Part shown: piece after piece, positions 60,959-64,000 of the stretch
How the letters are laid out: every line of letters begins with the position of its first letter
Numbering within the stretch: position 1 is the first letter of the stretch
From: Negativicutes bacterium
GTDB lineage: Bacteria; Bacillota; Negativicutes; UBA1444
Length of the DNA: 64,000 nucleotides
NCBI GenBank assembly: GCA_963665275.2
Contig: CAXXIN010000004.1
Location: 64,001 to 128,000, forward strand
Reading direction: 5' to 3'
Notes under the pieces: generated by a model
What the model was told of the DNA's origin: nothing
Seen by the model: only the letters and a program-made list of their open reading frames with translations
The model's database searches: none
Position numbers and translations under genes: made by a program

Positions 60959-60989
60959 AAAAACCTATTCAATTATTCGGTCTACTTAG

Positions 60990-61018
60990 AGTGTACCAGA
61001 CTTTGGCGCTACTGGCAA
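60990..61018 (-). promoter_or_regulatory. Sigma-A promoter of the 6S RNA
   Basis: TTGCCA-N17-TACACT. Confidence 0.6.
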
Positions 61019-61033
61019 CTTGAGTGGTGAAGT

Positions 61034-62830
61034 TTACTTGGGGACCTTCTTGGCTGCGATTTCGGTGCGGATCGACAGCTCCTTCAGCTGGCGCAGGGAA
61101 ACTTCCGAAGGCGCCTGTGTCATGACATCCGCTGCGCTTTGAGTTTTCGGGAAAGCAATGACATCACGAATCGATGAACGCTTGGCCATCAACATGATCA
61201 GGCGGTCCAAGCCAAAAGCGATACCTCCATGCGGCGGCGTACCATACTCAAAAGCCTCCAGTAAGAATCCGAATTTTTCATTGGCTTCCTCTGGTGTAAA
61301 TCCAATAGCATTGAATATTCTTTCCTGCACTTCCCGCTGAAATATTCGGATACTGCCACCACCGATTTCGGTGCCGTTCAGGACCATGTCGTAGGCCTTC
61401 GCCTTGATCCGGCCCGGATCGCTCTCTAAATACTGGAGGTCTTCGTCACGCGGGGAGGTAAACATATGGTGCATCGCGACATAACGTTTTTCTTCCTCGT
61501 CATACTCAAACATCGGGAAGTCGAGAACCCAGGTGAAGGCCAGCTTGTCCGGGTCAATCAGGTTCATCCGGCGCGCCATTTCCAGACGCAGCTGCCCCAT
61601 CGCATTGACCGCGACACCCGGTTTGTCCGCAATAATGAGCACCATGTCGCCTTCTTCGGCTTGCGCCGCTTTGCGAATGTTTTCCAGCTGCTCCTCGCTG
61701 AAGAATTTGGAAATCTGCGATTTGAGCCCTTCTGCCGTATAACCGATCCAGGCCATCCCTTTGGCACCATATTGACCGACATAATTCACGAGACCGTCGA
61801 GTTCACGCCGCGGAATCGCCGCATTTCCCTTGACATTGATGCCTTTGATACAGCCGCCGGCAGCCAGCACCGACTCAAACACCTTGAATTCCGAGCCACG
61901 CATCGCGTCCGACAGATCAAAAATCTCCATGTCAAAACGAATATCCGGTTTATCCGAACCGTATTTTTCCATAGCCTCATCATAGGACAACCGCTTCATC
62001 GGCAGTTGCAGATCGGCGCCGATGGCAATCTTGAACACTTCGGCAATCATGGTTTCCATGATGGTAAGGATGTCGTCACGCTCGACAAAGGACATTTCCA
62101 CGTCCAGTTGGGTAAACTCTGGCTGGCGGTCCGCCCGCAGATCTTCGTCACGGAAGCAGCGGACAATCTGGAAATACCGTTCCATGCCGGCCACCATCAG
62201 GATCTGTTTGAAAATCTGCGGGGACTGCGGCAGCGCATAAAATTTACCGGGGTTAACGCGACTGGGGACCAGATAGTCCCGCGCGCCTTCCGGGGTGCTC
62301 TTCGTCAGCATCGGGGTTTCAACTTCGATGAAATCGCGGCGGTCAAAGAAATCGCGCATAGCCTTGGCCACACGATGCCGCAGGATCAGATTGTGCTGCA
62401 TCTCTGGACGACGGAGATCCAGATACCGGTATTTGAGCCGGACGGTTTCATCCACGTCCACATTGTCCTGAATATAAAACGGCGGTGTTTTGGCCGGATT
62501 CAGAATCCGGATTTCTTCCCCGCAAACTTCCACGGTCCCGGTTTCCATGAGCGGGTTCACCGTATCCGCTGACCGCAGTCTCACGCTTCCGCGGACGCTG
62601 ATGACGAACTCGGTCCGAACTCCATCGGCCTTAGTCAGCGCTGCTGTATCGATTTCCGGCGAAAACACGGCCTGCACGATACCCGAACGATCCCGCAGAT
62701 CGATGAAAATCAGTCCACCATGGTCCCGTTGCCGCGAGACCCACCCGCAAAGCACTACTTCCGTTCCGGCGTCTTCGGCGCGTAGCGCCCCGCATCCATG
62801 AGTCCTCTTCATTCCTGCCAACGTATCCAT
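61034..62830 (-). CDS. aspS: Aspartate--tRNA ligase
   Basis: RDHGGLIFIDLRD, TPEGARDYLVP, LPQSPQ, FRDEDLRADRQPEF, PPHGGIAFGLDR. Confidence 0.98.
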   Translation of the reverse strand: MDTLAGMKRTHGCGALRAEDAGTEVVLCGWVSRQRDHGGLIFIDLRDRSGIVQAVFSPEIDTAALTKADGVRTEFVISVRGSVRLRSADTVNPLMETGTVEVCGEEIRILNPAKTPPFYIQDNVDVDETVRLKYRYLDLRRPEMQHNLILRHRVAKAMRDFFDRRDFIEVETPMLTKSTPEGARDYLVPSRVNPGKFYALPQSPQIFKQILMVAGMERYFQIVRCFRDEDLRADRQPEFTQLDVEMSFVERDDILTIMETMIAEVFKIAIGADLQLPMKRLSYDEAMEKYGSDKPDIRFDMEIFDLSDAMRGSEFKVFESVLAAGGCIKGINVKGNAAIPRRELDGLVNYVGQYGAKGMAWIGYTAEGLKSQISKFFSEEQLENIRKAAQAEEGDMVLIIADKPGVAVNAMGQLRLEMARRMNLIDPDKLAFTWVLDFPMFEYDEEEKRYVAMHHMFTSPRDEDLQYLESDPGRIKAKAYDMVLNGTEIGGGSIRIFQREVQERIFNAIGFTPEEANEKFGFLLEAFEYGTPPHGGIAFGLDRLIMLMAKRSSIRDVIAFPKTQSAADVMTQAPSEVSLRQLKELSIRTEIAAKKVPK

Positions 62831-62831
62831 A

Positions 62832-64000
62832 TCAGCCGTTCATCTCCTGTTTCAATTGTTTGACCGCCTCATCCGCGGATATCAATGCCTGTTCGCCGGT
62901 TGTCATGTTTTTCAGCGTCACCTGATGGGTGCGGGCTTCGTCCTCACCAATGATGGCAACATAACGGGCCTGCGTACGATTCGCCTGTTTCATCTGTGAT
63001 TTGAGACTACGTCCGCCGTGGTCCATATCCGAGGATATTCCCAGCTGGCGCAGACGCATCAGCAAGGAATAGGCCGGCAGAGAAGCTTCTTTCCCAAGGG
63101 GAATGACCCACACCGGAACAACGTCTTCAGCTGGGTCGAGCAGGGCTTGTTTTTCCATCGCGAGCAGCACCCGCTCCAGCCCGATGGCAAAACCGATGCC
63201 GGGAGTCGCGGGTCCGCCGCACTCCTCGATCAGTCCGTCGTAACGGCCGCCGCCGCAGACAGCGCTCTGCGCCCCGAGGAGCGGATACTGGATCTCGAAG
63301 GCGGTTTTCGTATAATAGTCCAACCCCCGCACCAGGCGTGGATTCAGTGTATAAGATATTTTCGCCGCGTCCAGGAATTGCCGTAGGCCAGCGAAGTGTT
63401 CCGCGCATTCATCGCACAGGCAATCGACCATCTGTGGGGCGCCGGCAGACAACTGGTTGCACTTTTCTTCCTTGCAGTCCAGTATCCGCATCGGGTTGCG
63501 GTCATAACGCGACTGACAGTTGCCGCACAGCTGATCCTTCTTGTCCTGCAGGAACTCCTGCAGCACCAGACGGTATTGGGGGCGGCATTTGGGACAGCCC
63601 ACGGAATTGATCAGCAGATTGAGGTCTTTCAAGCCCAGCTTTTCAAAAAAGCGAACCGCCAGTTCGATGATTTCCGCATCCACCGAAGGTCCAGCAGGCC
63701 CGATCGCCTCGATGCCGAATTGGTGGAACTGCCTGAGACGCCCTGCCTGGGGCCGGTCATATCGGAACATGGGTCCGATGTAAAACAGTTTCGCAGCCTG
63801 CGCTTCGGCATAAAGTTTCTGTTCCAGATAGGAACGAACAACAGCAGCGGTATTTTCCGGCCGCAGAGTAACGCTGCGGTTTCCCCTGTCGGTAAACGTG
63901 TACATTTCTTTTTGCACCACATCGGTTGTTTCGCCAATCCCGCGTAAAAACAACTCCGTATGCTCAAAAATCGGCGTACGGATTTCTCCGTAGTGGTAAA
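62832..64000 (-). CDS. hisS: Histidine--tRNA ligase (5' end outside the window)
   Basis: EIRTPIFEHTELF, LRPENTA, FRYDRPQAGR, LVRGLDYY, GGGRYD. Confidence 0.97.
   Translation of the reverse strand, partial: YHYGEIRTPIFEHTELFLRGIGETTDVVQKEMYTFTDRGNRSVTLRPENTAAVVRSYLEQKLYAEAQAAKLFYIGPMFRYDRPQAGRLRQFHQFGIEAIGPAGPSVDAEIIELAVRFFEKLGLKDLNLLINSVGCPKCRPQYRLVLQEFLQDKKDQLCGNCQSRYDRNPMRILDCKEEKCNQLSAGAPQMVDCLCDECAEHFAGLRQFLDAAKISYTLNPRLVRGLDYYTKTAFEIQYPLLGAQSAVCGGGRYDGLIEECGGPATPGIGFAIGLERVLLAMEKQALLDPAEDVVPVWVIPLGKEASLPAYSLLMRLRQLGISSDMDHGGRSLKSQMKQANRTQARYVAIIGEDEARTHQVTLKNMTTGEQALISADEAVKQLKQEMNG

Noticed and set aside
61466-62572. 368-aa antisense ORF (also 30470-31213, 15439-16077, 57449-58090)
   Set aside because: These are antisense shadows of conserved genes with no recognisable motifs.

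Overview
A 64-kb stretch of a Firmicutes chromosome with nearly all genes on the minus strand. The Firmicutes-type core gene order together with an OPX/Wza export protein points to a diderm Negativicutes-like organism (inference). (1) 1-14.85 kb: a Wzx/Wzy-dependent polysaccharide operon that runs off the left edge. It is headed by a c-di-GMP-I riboswitch wired as an ON switch. Its first gene is a solitary IS3-OrfA-like HTH protein, followed by a short non-lipidated OPX, a co-polymerase and a catalytically degenerate BY-kinase. A divergent beta-propeller gene sits upstream. (2) 14.86-41 kb: the conserved housekeeping block alaS-ireB-ruvX-DUF1292-mltG-U32-aroQ-pepP-efp-asp23-amaP-nusB-xseAB-ispA-dxs-tlyA-nadK-argR-recN-buk-nudF-endoQ-xerD-pdp, which lacks the sporulation genes usually interleaved here. 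(3) 41.1-56.1 kb: an accessory region with katG, a diguanylate cyclase, an SDR, an internally duplicated membrane protein, a nucleotidyltransferase, VOC, pncB, frameshifted DUF362 and flavodoxin genes, MerR, a decayed hydrolase and a complete IS256 with an 8-bp TSD. (4) 56.1-64 kb: iscR-nifS-nifU, rarA, ltaE, 6S RNA, aspS and a partial hisS. No CRISPR array, tRNA or rRNA was seen. All calls come from reading motifs by eye; no searches were run.
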